A stretch of DNA of 64,000 nucleotides from Felis catus (GCF_018350175.1 NC_058368.1:186560001-186624000), one strand, 5' to 3'; positions 26,625 through 39,214 are shown, counted from the stretch's first letter. The notes: generated from the sequence alone by a model not told the origin. Translations and numbers: made by a program.

Positions 26625-26785
26625 TTCCCTATTTAGAAATAATAGCTGACATCTTCAAGTTCACCTCCTTTTTTAGGAATGAGAAGAGGGATGTTCAGAG
26701 AGGGAAGAGACTATGTCTAATATCACACAGTTAATGGCAAAGCACAGAGTAGAACACCAGACTCCTAATTCTTAATCCAGGGCTT
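26625..26785 (-). mobile_element. MIR fragment
   Basis: aggaatgagaagagggatgttcagagagggaagagactatgtctaatatcacacagttaatggcaaagc. Confidence 0.6.
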
Positions 26786-26793
26786 GTTATTGG

Positions 26794-26819
26794 TGCTGCT
26801 GCTGCTGCTGCTGCTGCTG
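26794..26819 (+). repeat. (TGC)8TG trinucleotide repeat
   Basis: Direct read. Confidence 0.95.
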
Positions 26820-26854
26820 GAGTCATTTGGTTGTATGGAGTCATCATTGTCTGA

Positions 26855-26864
26855 CTGACGTCAG
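26855..26864. promoter_or_regulatory. Perfect palindromic CRE motif (cTGACGTCAg)
   Basis: TGACGTCA at 26856-26863; motif only, function not shown. Confidence 0.3.
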
Positions 26865-28089
26865 CAAGTAAGTCAATTCCTAATCGAAAAGAGTAGAATC
26901 AGGATCACACCATTCTTTGGACTTGAGACATGGAGGCAGTGTGTATTTAGCAGCCCTAAAAAATAATCTAGGGCTCTTTCTGTTGCCACATTTTGCTGGA
27001 CTTTTAGATTTAAAAAAAAAATTGAAGAGGAAAAGAAAGTCTGCCCACTATCTTCTTCTTAACTTTTACTGACTCATAGTGTTCCAGTAGTCAGTGGGTC
27101 TCATTCACTGCCAGCTGAATGGGTCCCTAGTTGTCCTCATGTCCACTGATTTCAGTCACATGACTGCTGTAGATGTGGCAGCCCTGAAACCAAAGATGTG
27201 AAAGAACTTCTGGGGAAAAGAATGACCAGAGACTCCAGGGGTTTTCAAAGAAGGGCAGAAACCAGCCCTATGCCCAATGAGAAAATACGTCTGGTATTGA
27301 AGGCAAAGGAGTGCCATGGAACTGGGCCTTGTCTCCAATGGAAAGAAGCATTAAAATCATCGAGGACACATTATTCATAGGATCGTGAATGTATCTGTAT
27401 ACAGCATCGCTATACATAACACATTTTGGAATTAGCACTTACATATTCCTGATTTCATTGGGAGTGAACTCTCTAGGCCACAAGATTACTGTCAGCATGG
27501 AAAGAAGCCAGATCTTCACTTTTTAATTTAATGTAATTTAATTTAATTTGATTATTTAACTTATTTTATTTTAAGCAAAGTATTTCCTAGTGGATGATTA
27601 AAATTATAGCTGTTACATATATGTTTGTATACAGGTGTTTATCTCTATTTATAGATATAAATATGCACATGTATCAATTTATACGTATATAAGTATGTGT
27701 ACATATGCATATGTGTGTATATATTTGGACATATGTATGTCAGCAACAGGTTTTTTTCCTCTGTCTTATGTTAAAACTGAAGAAAACAGAAGGGACTTCC
27801 ATAATTCTGACCTTCAAACAGTGTAGATAGTCCTCAGCATTAAAGATAAAGTCTTCTCCAGTGACGTTTGGGGTAACTTTTGTAACACTCTGATTTCATG
27901 AAATCAGTGAATTTTGTTGGCAGCTTTTGCTGGCAACTTGCTTGGCAAATAAGCAAAATACAGTTAACCTAGATAGTCTTTGTAAGGAGTTAGCTCCTGT
28001 CAGATTTTTAATTAGACAAAGACCTTTCAAGTCAAATATAAATGAGCACTTGTTTAATTAAGAGAGTGATTACCTGCTATTGGTAGTAG

Positions 28090-28290
28090 TCGTGGTAGGA
28101 GCAGTAGTAGTAATGTGTATCAAGTACTTTCTATATGTCATGCCCTGAATTATCTGTATTAAACAACCCTGTGAAGGAGGCTACTGTTATTTCCATTTTA
28201 TAGTTGAGAATACTGAAGCTTTGGAGAAGTAAATATCTTGCTGGTTGGTTTGAGGCTCAGAATTGAACTCAAAGCCCAGGATCTCAGTCA
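28090..28290 (-). mobile_element. MIR SINE
   Basis: acaaccctgtgaaggaggctactgttatttccattttatagttgagaatactgaagct. Confidence 0.65.
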
Positions 28291-29819
28291 CTTCCTCAGA
28301 CTCTGCAAAAATACAGTATCTGTCCAGGTAGATGGATGCAAAAGACCCTTAGGGAAAGCAGGTACTGAAAATCTAGACAGAAGAAGAATGGAGAGCCCAA
28401 ATTTCCAAGGCTCATAAAAGGAGCCTCCCCCTAGAGAGACTGTCCGAGTCGCTATTCGTAAATAAATAATTATGATTTTCTCAGTCTTAAACAGGCTCCA
28501 TGATGGGGATTTGTGCACTGTTTTTGGCTAGCCTGTAGCCATTTCCATATTTACAGCACGTATAATATATCCCTCAGGTGTAAGTTAATATCATCACCTC
28601 TACTTTCATCCTTTATCCTTGCGGGATTTTCTCTTGTACAATTTAGATGCAGAAAGTTATTTTTGTTTCCTGTTTTTGAATCCTCAAGTTCAAGGAAGTT
28701 TGAGTTGAAGTTCAGTTTGAATTGGGGGTATAGGGATTTTGAAATTCTCTTCTTTTCCAGAATAATATAGCCATATTGTGGAGTTCGGTTGCAGACTAAG
28801 TAAAAAGCAGCCACTTCAAGATTAGATTAAATCTCAGCCAAAGATGTAATACCTTAGTAGAAGTGAGAAGGCCACCTAGCTTTTTGGCTCCTAGGGTCTC
28901 TGAAAGCCACTCTAGAGTTACTCTGTCCAGCTTTCTGCTGGATTGAAGATGCTGTATTCCTCATAATCTGGGAAGGAATTACCCCAGTAACCTGTACACT
29001 TTCATGTCAAGAATTCACAGATGTCATTCTTACACTCAGATCCTTGACCCTAAGTCTACCATCAGTACTCATCCTGGAAGGGGGGGCAGAGAAAGTAATA
29101 AGCTTAGTCATACCTCTGACTTTCAGGCAACTGGAAAAGTACCTTTGTCTGTAAGACTATTAGGGAAGATCCCAGAGTACACTGAAGAAAATCTGTATTT
29201 GTTTTGTGGCATAAGTAAAAAAAAAAGATTTATTTCACTGAAGTGTTTTTCAGCCTATTCCCCATGGAGAAGAAAAAAAAAAATTAAAGGAGATAAAAAG
29301 CAATGTAACCTAAGGATATCATCTCTAAAATTTTTTGTTAAAGGATTTTTGGTTAAAGTTTTAATGCCTTGATTTGCTAAATGGTTAGTAAGAGAGGATT
29401 TCTTGCGTATCCTTACTTTTTTATTCTGGAGGTCACAAATAAAAGCAAACCTTCCTTTTGGAAACCAAGCCAGTATAATAGCTTAAAGACTCAAATCACA
29501 GTCACCACATTATGAAATGCTCAAGCTATTTTACTTCTCAGAAGCAGCCCATTATCTGCACTCTTATGGACAGAATAAAAGGCAACAAAATGCTAACTGG
29601 CCATAAATCCTTGGAGGAAGATATTAATTCCATGTTGGGTTGTTCTCACTAGCCATAATAGAGAAAATAATTAGGACTTTTATTTTAGCAGCTGTAATAG
29701 TCTCACAACTAAGGGAAACTGAAAAAAATCAGGATAAAGACCAAAACTTCTTGTGGCATCAATATGCTGGGAGGCATTTTCCATCACTGCATAGTGAGGC
29801 CACAGAACACAGGAAAAGC

Positions 29820-30060
29820 AGTGTTGCCCAAGGATCAAGAGCCTGGGTTTGGGATCTGACTGCCTTGTTTCAAGGACTTCCTCTGTCACAAATTAGCTGT
29901 GCTTCATCTTTCTGACATTCAGCTCCCTTGTCAGTGATGTAGGGCTTTAGAGTACCCCCACTTTATAGGATTACTGGGGAGATTAAGTGAACAAAGATTT
30001 GTAAAGCACTTAGTAGAGTCCTCAGCACACACTGACTTCTCTGTAGAGATTAATTGCCAT
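29820..30060 (+). mobile_element. MIR SINE
   Basis: aagagcctgggtttgggatctgactgcc...taggattactgggagattaagtgaacaaagatttgtaaagcacttag. Confidence 0.65.
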
Positions 30061-30539
30061 TGTAAGAATGCCACATGTGTCTAACTTTGACCTATCCTGC
30101 TATTTTCTGTTGTGATTAGTACCAGATGATATTTGGCAAGAGGGGATAGCGGTGTTAAATCCTTATTATGTACCAACACTGTGCTAGGGTGTTGGGGTTA
30201 CACAAAGACACATGAGACAACCAAAAATTGAGACTCAAAACCTGGAGTTTAGTGGGATGAGAAGATATGTAATAGTGAGATGAAGAGCAAAGTAGGATAG
30301 GATAGTGCAAGAGGGGCAGGTTCTGGAGTTTGGGTTTTTTTTTTTTTTTTTTGTAGGTTTTGTGGCTTTTTAAAAAGTTACCTACCAACTTTAAATTGAA
30401 AATAATATCATTTAACTTATGGGAATATAATCAGAATTAAATAATGTAACTTAGGTAAAACAGCCAGCACCCAGTAGGTGGGTAATAAATACTTGTTGTG
30501 GTCTTATTCATTGGTGCAGTTACCAAGATAACGGCAATC

Positions 30540-30760
30540 ATCAAAATCAATTAGGCACATGCTGTATATCGTTTGCTGCTCATTTGTTATACCTTCTGAT
30601 CCTCAAATAATCCCATCTGGCAGATACTCATATCATTCCATTTTTATAGAAAAGGAAACTGAGACCTAGACAAATCCAGTAACTTGTTCAAAGCAGCACA
30701 ACTTCACGTGTCAAGCCTGGGAATAGAATTTAAGCTGTTTGACTCTAGAGTTTATGCCCT
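30540..30760 (-). mobile_element. MIR SINE
   Basis: ccatttttatagaaaaggaaactgagacctaga...aacttgttcaaag. Confidence 0.65.
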
Positions 30761-31150
30761 TCATGTTCTAATAGGTTTAATGCAGGGGAAGGGCCCAGTG
30801 CATGGCCTAGGAGGTAGCAGAGCAGACACAGACTCACTCAGAATTTTCATTAGACTGATAGCTGATTGCTGTTAGTAATGGTGACTATCCTAATGTTAGG
30901 AATGTCTGTGTAGTGTACTCAAAGGAAGCATGAGAAAATACTAGTGTTTTAATTTATGTTTAATGAAACAAGGCCATTGTAGTCAAGTGAATTTCTGAAC
31001 CCTCAATTCATTTATCCAATCCACCCAATCAGCTGCCATGTAAGCACTTCTTATTTCTCTAGGTGGGGAATGGGGGTGCAGAAGTGAATAAGCCAGACAT
31101 AGTCCCTAACTCCAGAGGCATGTACTTAATAAAGGAAACATATAAACCAC

Positions 31151-31154
<4 letters not shown>

Positions 31155-31196
<42 letters not shown>
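31155..31196 (+). repeat. A42 homopolymer
   Basis: Direct read. Confidence 0.9.
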
Positions 31197-31200
<4 letters not shown>

Positions 31201-31207
31201 CTATTTA

Positions 31208-31420
31208 TTTATTTTTTGAACGTTTATTTATTTTTGGGACAGAGAGAGACAGAGCATGAACAGGGGAGGGGCAGAGAGAGAGGGAGACACAGAATCGGAA
31301 ACAGGCTCCAGGCTCTGAGCCATCAGCCCAGAGCCTGACGCGGGGCTCGAACTCGCGGGCCGCGAGATCGTGATCTGGCTGAAGTCGGACGCTTAACCGA
31401 CTGCGCCACCCAGGCGCCCC
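31208..31420 (-). mobile_element. Young Can-SINE
   Basis: CpG-rich body; TSD aaaaagaggctattta at 31192-31207 and 31421-31436. Confidence 0.95.
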
Positions 31421-31829
31421 AAAAAGAGGCTATTTAATAATAACCTTGAAGGTTGCAAATTGTGATAAATTCCATGAAGAAAATTAAACAGAATGAATGA
31501 TCTGATAAAGAGTGATGGAGCAGGGGGGTGGAATCCTATCTGAGGAGTGACATCTGAATCAAGATGTTATTTATCAAGACCAACAGCCAGAAATCTGAGC
31601 AATGATCCAGTTAGAACAAAAGCACCATGGTCCTAAGGACAGAACACACTTATGTGCTCACAGGAAGAAAATTAAGTAATGCTGCTTTACCCCAAATTTC
31701 TGTTTCCTCTCTATCACATTTCTGCATTTTGTGTGCTTTATAACTAAATGCATTTTTCATAAACACTATACTAATAGTAAACAGTAAAATAAATAAAAAT
31801 AAAACAGTAAAATAGTGTTTACTATTGGC

Positions 31830-31975
31830 CATGTTACAATAAATGATAATCTCCATGAGAGCAGAGACCTCTAATTTTTCCCTCTGCTGTATCCCAGCAA
31901 CTTGCATAGTGCCTGTCTCAGAAGGGTCAGTGCAAAACTATTTGTTAAATGAATGTCTGCAAGAATGAATAAGTA
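31830..31975 (+). mobile_element. L2 3' terminus
   Basis: ctccatgagagcagagacct...ctgctgtatcccagcaacttgcatagtgcctg...tatttgttaaatgaatg. Confidence 0.7.
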
Positions 31976-33568
31976 ATAGTAGTTTCTCCACAGTACTTCC
32001 TATCTTATCAGTGTAACTACCTGACTTTGTTTATCAGTTAGAGGGGATCCTGTGGTCTCTGGAGGCTTATCTCAAATTGATTTATCATTCAGTCTCAATG
32101 CAAGCAACTCAGGCAAAATCACATCTAATGTTTTTAAAGAATGGATTTGCATTCTGAGGTAAATTAAGAAGAAAGAGAAGCATAAAATCAAATCGGTATC
32201 ATGGAGAACCCAATTACCAAAGATTATTATGTTTTAATGAGGTGAAAAAATCTGATCGTCCTGCCTAGTAGACACCGTATGCATTTCTCTTTATTAGTGG
32301 GGAGAACTACGTTACCAGTGAGATGGTACTAGAGGTGATACCGGTTGGACAGATGATAAGAAGGCATTCTGAAAACAAAGACAGGATCAGCATTTATCAT
32401 CAATTCAGTTTTCCAGGTTGTGACTTAAATGCAAATGAGTTGACCGTGTAGAAATTTCCATTGGTGTAGTATTTTCGTATGTTATTTTATTATTTGCAGT
32501 CCCAGTGGTGTCTTAAAGGATGCACAGAGATGTGAAGGTGAAGAGAGTTGTATAAATGTGGAATTTAGGTGACCCATATTAGCCTTCTACCACATAATGA
32601 GTCAGTGAGAAAACACTTTCTAATGAGAACTAGTGCTTTTCAGACACATACCTCGAAAAATTCATTATGGCTGAGTTAAAGGGAGATATTCTTTTTTATT
32701 TATGATTATCAAATATTTTACTATTAAAATGTGTATAGTTTCTCATTGATTTGTTTAGCAAATAGCATATCCTTATGTTATTTGAACTATCTTGTTTATA
32801 TTTCAGTGTGTGTGTGTTTGTGCACATGTGTGTGCACGTGTATGTTTTCTCTGTGTGATAGGAGGCAAGGCAGGAAGTGGGAAGAGTGAGGGTTGACTAC
32901 CATGTGGAAAAAAGAAGCATTTTTATTGCTCAGAACAATGTTTTTCCCAAATCATAAGTATTTTAGCCCTTTTGGCTGGAATCCATGGGTTGGAATCCAT
33001 GGGTTGAGCTAACTTCCTGTGGGAAGTTAGATATATGGGACACAAGGGTCAGTCTTCTGCCCATGTAATAGGGGTTTATGGTGTGATAATGAGAAACAAT
33101 TCACCGCATCCCCAACTGGCCCTTTCTTAGCCCATTTAGTATGTGACAACTTTATATATCTCAATGCTTCACTAACATTATTCACTAATGGTTGGTTCAT
33201 GGATCCTTGCTAAGTTACTTAATCTCTGCACAGTCAGTCATCACCCAGTGATGAGGGGATGAGACAACCCATAGGTCTGATCTTTATTTGGTGGAGGGTG
33301 GAGTTACTCTCAAGGAGGAAAAGTTTGTGTCAACTGCATGGGTGGCCTGGGACAGGGAAAGGAAGCACACTGAAAGAACAGAGGGGAAAATCAACACAGG
33401 AGTGAAAATGCACTTCTAAAATCTAGGCATAAAACAAGTAGTATTTTAGTCTGAGAGGCCAAGTTCCAAATAATATGGATTACCTGACATTCCAATTTGA
33501 GAACACTAAGGATTGTGGAATCACCTACGAGGCTGAATTTGGTCTATGTCATTGGATGGGTTTTAGGG

Positions 33569-33779
33569 TTTTTTTTTTTTAATGTTTATTTTTGAGGGAG
33601 AGAGAGACAGAGTGTAATTAGGGGAGGGGCAGAGAGAAAGGGACACAGAGAATCTTGAAGCAGGCTTCAGGCTCTGAGCTTTCAGCACAGCGCCCGACGT
33701 GGGGCTGGAACTCACAAACCTTGAGATCCTGACCTGAGCCAGAGTTGGAAGCTTAACTGACTGAGCCACCCAGCGCCCC
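33569..33779 (-). mobile_element. Can-SINE
   Basis: TSD ggat(g/a)ggttttag at 33554-33566 and 33780-33792. Confidence 0.92.
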
Positions 33780-35545
33780 GGATAGGTTTTAGTTTTAGTG
33801 CTTATTTTATTATGCAAATCTCAGACATCTTAGATGAGGAAGAGTCTATATTGCAGAGTTACTTTTCCTTTATTTGTGATTTTGTTCTTTTTGATTGATG
33901 CTCAGGCTTCTGTTTCCTCCAACATGAGTGGGATGCTAGGCTCAATTTCATCTTTTGTTGTATTTTAAAAATTGTGTAAAATCAAATTACTATTCTTTAG
34001 TGAAAATCTTCTTTCATTTCAAAAAGGTTTTGTCCTTGCAAATTTCCAGCTTTTCTAAGCATGGATAGAAAAAAAAAGTGTAAAATATACATGGAGCCAA
34101 ATTTCCAGAGGCCATTAGTGTAATTGCTGACTGCTAAGATTTGGTAGGGGTTGAGTGACAGGGCAAGGTTTAATTCCATATTTCAGGTGCTTTCAGCTGT
34201 TGCACACACAATTTCGTTCAGGAGTATGTCAGGGTATGGACTTACTTAAGCAGACAACATTTGGTACAAACTAGACACTGAACGTGAATGTATTCCTTAT
34301 GTGAGCCATGACCTTTCTGTGCTTTAAAATGTAGTTTCCAAATCCTCATATATTTCCTCCACTGCTCTGTGTTAAAGAGAACTGACTGCATCAGGAGGGA
34401 TTTAGGGACACCAGAATTTTTTACTTCTCTGGATACACCATCTGCATGAGCAGATGGGGAAACATGTCACAAGGCTAGAGGGGGACTCCAAATCAAAAAA
34501 CAGGAGAAACAAAAACGAAATGCAATGGCAGGGTAGAGCAGATGAACGCCAGTGGCTGGGAATTCTTTGCAATCTGACCCAGGTAATGGTCACTGAGTAG
34601 CTGCTACCCATGGAATACAAAAGTCCCCAGAACAGTGATGCTCTCTGCATTGCTGTGGGCAGATTGTTCAGCACTGGAAGGGAGCATACACACCCATTTC
34701 TCTCTGCTGATGGGAAGAGATCTCTGGTACTGTTAGTTAAAATTCCTCATAGCAGATAGCAAGCTTTCGTTTCCATTAAGCTTTCCTTGGGGCAACTGAC
34801 CATGTGCTGGTGGGAGAAGATTCTACATAAGACTAGATTTGAATACCTTCCAAAATTGATTGACACATTGCCTGTACTTTTGCTTATAACATTTTATTTA
34901 TTTCCATGTTTTTAAAATTTTTTTTCATTCATTTATTGCTCATTCAAACATTCATTTTAATTCACATTTATTTAGTAGTTATTTTGTGCCAGGCACAGTA
35001 TACTAAATACTTCATATACTTTAACTCTTAAGAAGTAGATATTTTTTACACAAGAGAAAACCGAAGCTCAAAAAAAAAAAACTAATGTGCTTAATGTCAC
35101 ACAGCTAGTGATTGCAGAGCTGAATATTGGATCCAAGTGTATCTGATTTATGAAATTCTAACAGTCACTCTATATTGCCCTTTTTACCTTTCTCTGGACA
35201 CATAGGTTATTACAACTGATAAAAATTAGTCTTCATATTTGAAGATACATAACTTGTGAATGATTTGCTTTCCTAGCTATGGCTCCTACATTATAGGAAA
35301 AAAATCTTGTAAATTTAAATTCTAGCCACATATTTTGTAGATAAAAGATTTTGTTCATAGATTATTCAATTTAAAACATCATCATTCTATGTCTGCTATG
35401 TCTATAGGCTGTATGAGCTGATAGGATTTGCAGCATGACTGTTGACATTGTTGTAAAGTCGTGTCTATAAAATGATGAGGCACTGGAGGTTTGAAAAATT
35501 ATTGGGTCCTCTGCCCAGTATTTTATATGTATTCATTCAAGAAAT

Positions 35546-35550
<5 letters not shown>

Positions 35551-35592
<42 letters not shown>
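35551..35592 (+). repeat. (CT)21 microsatellite abutting a SINE tail
   Basis: Direct read. Confidence 0.9.
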
Positions 35593-35595
<3 letters not shown>

Positions 35596-35599
35596 TTTC

Positions 35600-35812
35600 T
35601 TTTTAATTTTTTAATGTTTGTTTATTTTTGAGAGAGAGAGAGAGAGACAGAGCATGAGTGGGGAAGGAGCAGAGAGAGGGAGACACAGAATCCGAAACAG
35701 GCTCCAGGTTCTGGAGCTGTCAGCACAGATGCAGGGCTCGAACTCACAAACCAGGAGATCATGACCTGAGCTGAAGTCAGACGCTCAACTGACTGAGCCA
35801 CCCAGGCGCCCC
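35600..35812 (-). mobile_element. Can-SINE
   Basis: aatgtttgtttatttttgagagag...gagccacccaggcgcccc; TSD-like ctccttttcttttt / ctcctttccttttt. Confidence 0.92.
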
Positions 35813-36171
35813 TCCTTTCCTTTTTTAGTAAGACTAAGAGTTTGTCTTCCAGGTACGTAAATAATAAATGCTAGTGATCAAAGATTTGAAAAGTAGAGTA
35901 TTTTAAAAAGTATCAAATTTTGAAGAAAAAAATACCTTCAGAGATACCTATCATTGTCAGGTTCCCTTCTGTATTCTTTGAATGTTTTTTCACAAAAAAC
36001 TGTGATTATGTTATATGTCCATTTCATAATTTTCTTTATTCACTTAATATTATTCCTTCATTTTTCTGCAGTATGACTTTGAAGCTACTTAATCTCTTAT
36101 ATTTGGAGGTGATGCTGTATGTTGCCAACCCTCTACTTCAGCATATTTAAGTGGGTTTCAACTTTTAACTA

Positions 36172-38594
36172 GAGTCATACCTTGTTTTATTGTGCATCTC
36201 TTTATTGTACTTCACAGATAACTGCATTTTTTTTTTTACAGATTGGAGGTTTGTAGCAACCTGTATCAAACATGGCTATTTGCACCATTTTCCCTCTAGT
36301 ATTTGCTTACTTCATGTCTCTTTGTCACAGTTTGGTAATTCTCACAATATTTACAACTTTTTCATGATTGTTATATTTGTTATGGTAATCTGTGTTCAGT
36401 GATCTTTAATGTTACTATTTTAATTGTTTTGGGGCATCACACACTGCACCCCATAAGTTGGCAAACTTAGTTGATAAATGTTGTGTGTGTTCTGACTTTT
36501 CTACCGAGTGTCCGTTTCCCCCAGGTGTCCCCCTTTCCTCAAGCCCCCGTGTTTCCTGAGAAACAACAGTATTAAAATTAGTGTTCTAGTGAAGGGAAGA
36601 GTCACATGTCTCTCACTTAAAATCAAAGGCTAGACATGATTTAGCTCAGTGAAAAAGGCATGTCAAAAGCTTAGATATGTGGGAAGCTCAGCCTCCTGCG
36701 CCAGCTTCCCAAGTTGTGAAAGCAAAGGAACAGCTCTTGAAGGAAATTAAAAGTGTTACTCTGTTGAACACACGAATAATAAGAAAGTAGAACAGCCTTA
36801 TTGCTAATATGGAGAGAGTTGTAGTAGTCTAAATAGAAGATCAAATCAGCCACAATGTTCCCTTAAGCCAAAGCCTAATGCAGAGCAAGGCCCTAACTCT
36901 CTTCAATCTATGAAGGTTCAGAGAGGAGAGAAGGCTGCAGAAGAAAAGTTTGAAACTAGTAGAGGTTGGTTCACGAGGTTTAGGGAAAGAAGCCGTCTTC
37001 ATAACAGAAAAGTACAAAGTGAAGCAGCAAGCACTGAGGTAGAAGCTGCAGCAAGTTATTAAGAAGGTCTAGCTAAGAGAGCTGATAACGTGACTACACC
37101 AAACAACAGATATTCCACGTAGACAAAACAGCTTTCCATTAAAAGAAAATACCTTCTAGGATATTCATAGCTAGAGAGGAGAAGTCAATGCCTGGCTTCA
37201 AAGCTTCAAAGGATAGGCTGATTCTCCTGTAAGGAGTTCATGCAGCTGGTAACTTTAAGTGGAAGCCAATGCTCATTTACATTCTGAAAATCAAGAGCTT
37301 TTAACAATTATGCTAAATCTATTCTGCCTCTGTTCTACATATGGACCAACAACTCCTGGATGACAACACGTCTGTTTACAACATGGTTTGCTGAATATTT
37401 TAAGTCCACTGTTGAGACCTACTGCTCAGGAAAAAAAAAAATTCCTTTCAAAATATTACTGCTCATTGACAAACACCTGATCACCCAAGGGCTCTGGTGG
37501 AGATGTACAGCACGATTAATGTTGTTTGCGTTCCTGCTAACACAACATCCATTCTGTAGCTCATGGATCAAGGAGTAATTGTCACTTTCAAGTTTTATTA
37601 TTTAAGAAATACATTTCATAAGGCAATACTTGCCATAGATACTGATTCCTCTGATGGATCTGGGCAAGTACATTGAAAACTTCTCTCAAGGATTCACCAT
37701 TCTAGATGCCCCTAAGAACATTAGTGTTTCATGGAAAGAGGTCAAATGATCAACATGAACAGGACTTTGGAAAAAGTTGCTTCTAACCTGCATGGATGAC
37801 TTTGAGGGAGTCAAGATTTCATCGGAGGAAGTAACTGCAGATGCGGTTCTCTGGCTGTTTCCACCACCTCTATAGCTACTTACTCCGATTAAGAAGTGGA
37901 GCCTGAAGATGTGACTCAATTGCTGCCATCTCATGATGAAACTGGAACAGATGAGGAGTTGCTTCTCAGAGATGAGCAAAGAAAGTAGTTTCTTGAGTTG
38001 GAATCTACCCCTGGCGAAGATGCTTGTGGAAATTGTTGAAATGACAACAAAGCATTTGGAATGTTACATCAACTTAATTGATAAAGCAGTGGCAAGATTT
38101 GAGAGAACTGACACCAATTTTGAAAGAAGTTCTGCTATGTGTAAAATGCTGTCAAAACGGTATCTGCTCTGATGCTACAGAGAAATCGTTTGTGAAGGGA
38201 AGAGTCAGTAAGTGCAACAAACTTCATTGTTGTTTTACTTTAAGAAATTGGTGTAGCCACCCCCAGCCTTCTGCAACGCTCACCTTGATGGGTCAGCAGA
38301 TACCACATTGATGAAAGATCTTCAACCTGCAAAAGAATTACACCTCATTGAAAGATCAGATAATGGTTAGCATTTTTTAGCAATAAAGTATTTTAAGGTG
38401 TGTGCATTTTTTTAGACATAATATTATTGCACACTTAATAGACCACAATTGATTACAGATTTAATAGATTACAGTGTAAACATAATTTTTATATTACTAG
38501 GAAACTAGAAAATTCACCTGAATCACTTTATTATGATATTGGCTTTATTGTGATGGTCTGGAAGCAAATCTTCAGTATCTCTGAGGTATGCCTA
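36172..38594 (+). mobile_element. Full-length (2423 bp) decayed Tigger1-type TcMar/pogo DNA transposon
   Basis: Left end gagtcataccttg and right end ctgaggtatgccta match the recalled TIR caggcatacctc; TA flanks at 36170-36171 and 38595-38596; transposase remnants inside. Confidence 0.92.
36588..37960 (+). pseudogene. Disrupted Tigger1 (pogo/CENP-B-like) transposase
   Basis: Fragments [24 protein letters not shown] (CENP-B-type HTH) and [38 protein letters not shown] (DDE domain); multiple stops and frameshifts. Confidence 0.85.
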
Positions 38595-38730
38595 TATCTT
38601 TAAGCCAGTGTCACAGAGTCAAACATCCACTGGGCCTGGCTGGATTACTACGTGAAGAGAATCTGGAAGGATGGCCACTTAAAGAATCTGGAAACTACAT
38701 GTCTTCATTAAAGGCCTTTAAACTCACATT

Positions 38731-38926
38731 AAAAAAAATTTTAAATGTTTATTTTTGAGAGAAAGATAGCATGAGCGTGAGCGCGGAGGGAGACACAGAA
38801 TCTAAAGCAGGCTTCAGGCTCCAAGCTGTCAGTACAGAGCCTGATGTGGGGCTCGAACTCACGAACCGTGAGATCATGACCTGAGCCAAATGGGGACACT
38901 TAACTGACTGAGCCATCCAGGCACCC
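38731..38926 (-). mobile_element. Can-SINE with a shortened linker
   Basis: aatgtttatttttgagagaaag...gactgagccatccaggcaccc. Confidence 0.9.
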
Positions 38927-38986
38927 TGAAATTCATATTTCATTTATATTTTTTAAATGGGGAAAGAGAGAGGATACGGATATTTA

Positions 38987-39005
38987 ATTTTTTTAATGTT
39001 TATTT

Positions 39006-39043
<38 letters not shown>

Positions 39044-39214
39044 TGAGCACAAGTGAGGGAGGGGCAGAGAGAAAGGGAGACACAGTATCTGAAGCAGGCT
39101 CCAGACTCTGAGCTGTCAGCACAGAGCCCAACACAGAGCTCAAACTCACCAACCATGAGATCATGACCTGAGCTGAAGTCAGATGCCTAACTGACTGAGC
39201 CACCCAGGCACCCC
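38987..39214 (-). mobile_element. Can-SINE
   Basis: aatgtttattttttgagagag...gagccacccaggcacccc. Confidence 0.92.

Larger units (their letters stand above)
31005..31640 (-). mobile_element. L2 fragment, interrupted by an A42 run and a SINE
   Basis: gtgaataagccagacatagtccct...tctgaggagtgacatctgaatcaaga. Confidence 0.55.

Noticed and set aside
32977..33004. Short perfect tandem duplications (14 bp here; 12 bp near 60408-60432)
   Set aside because: Ordinary slippage duplications with no further structure.
36588..37960. Possible domesticated TIGD1-like transposase gene
   Set aside because: Many stops, frameshifts and an internal inversion; no ORF in the track reaches 100 aa.
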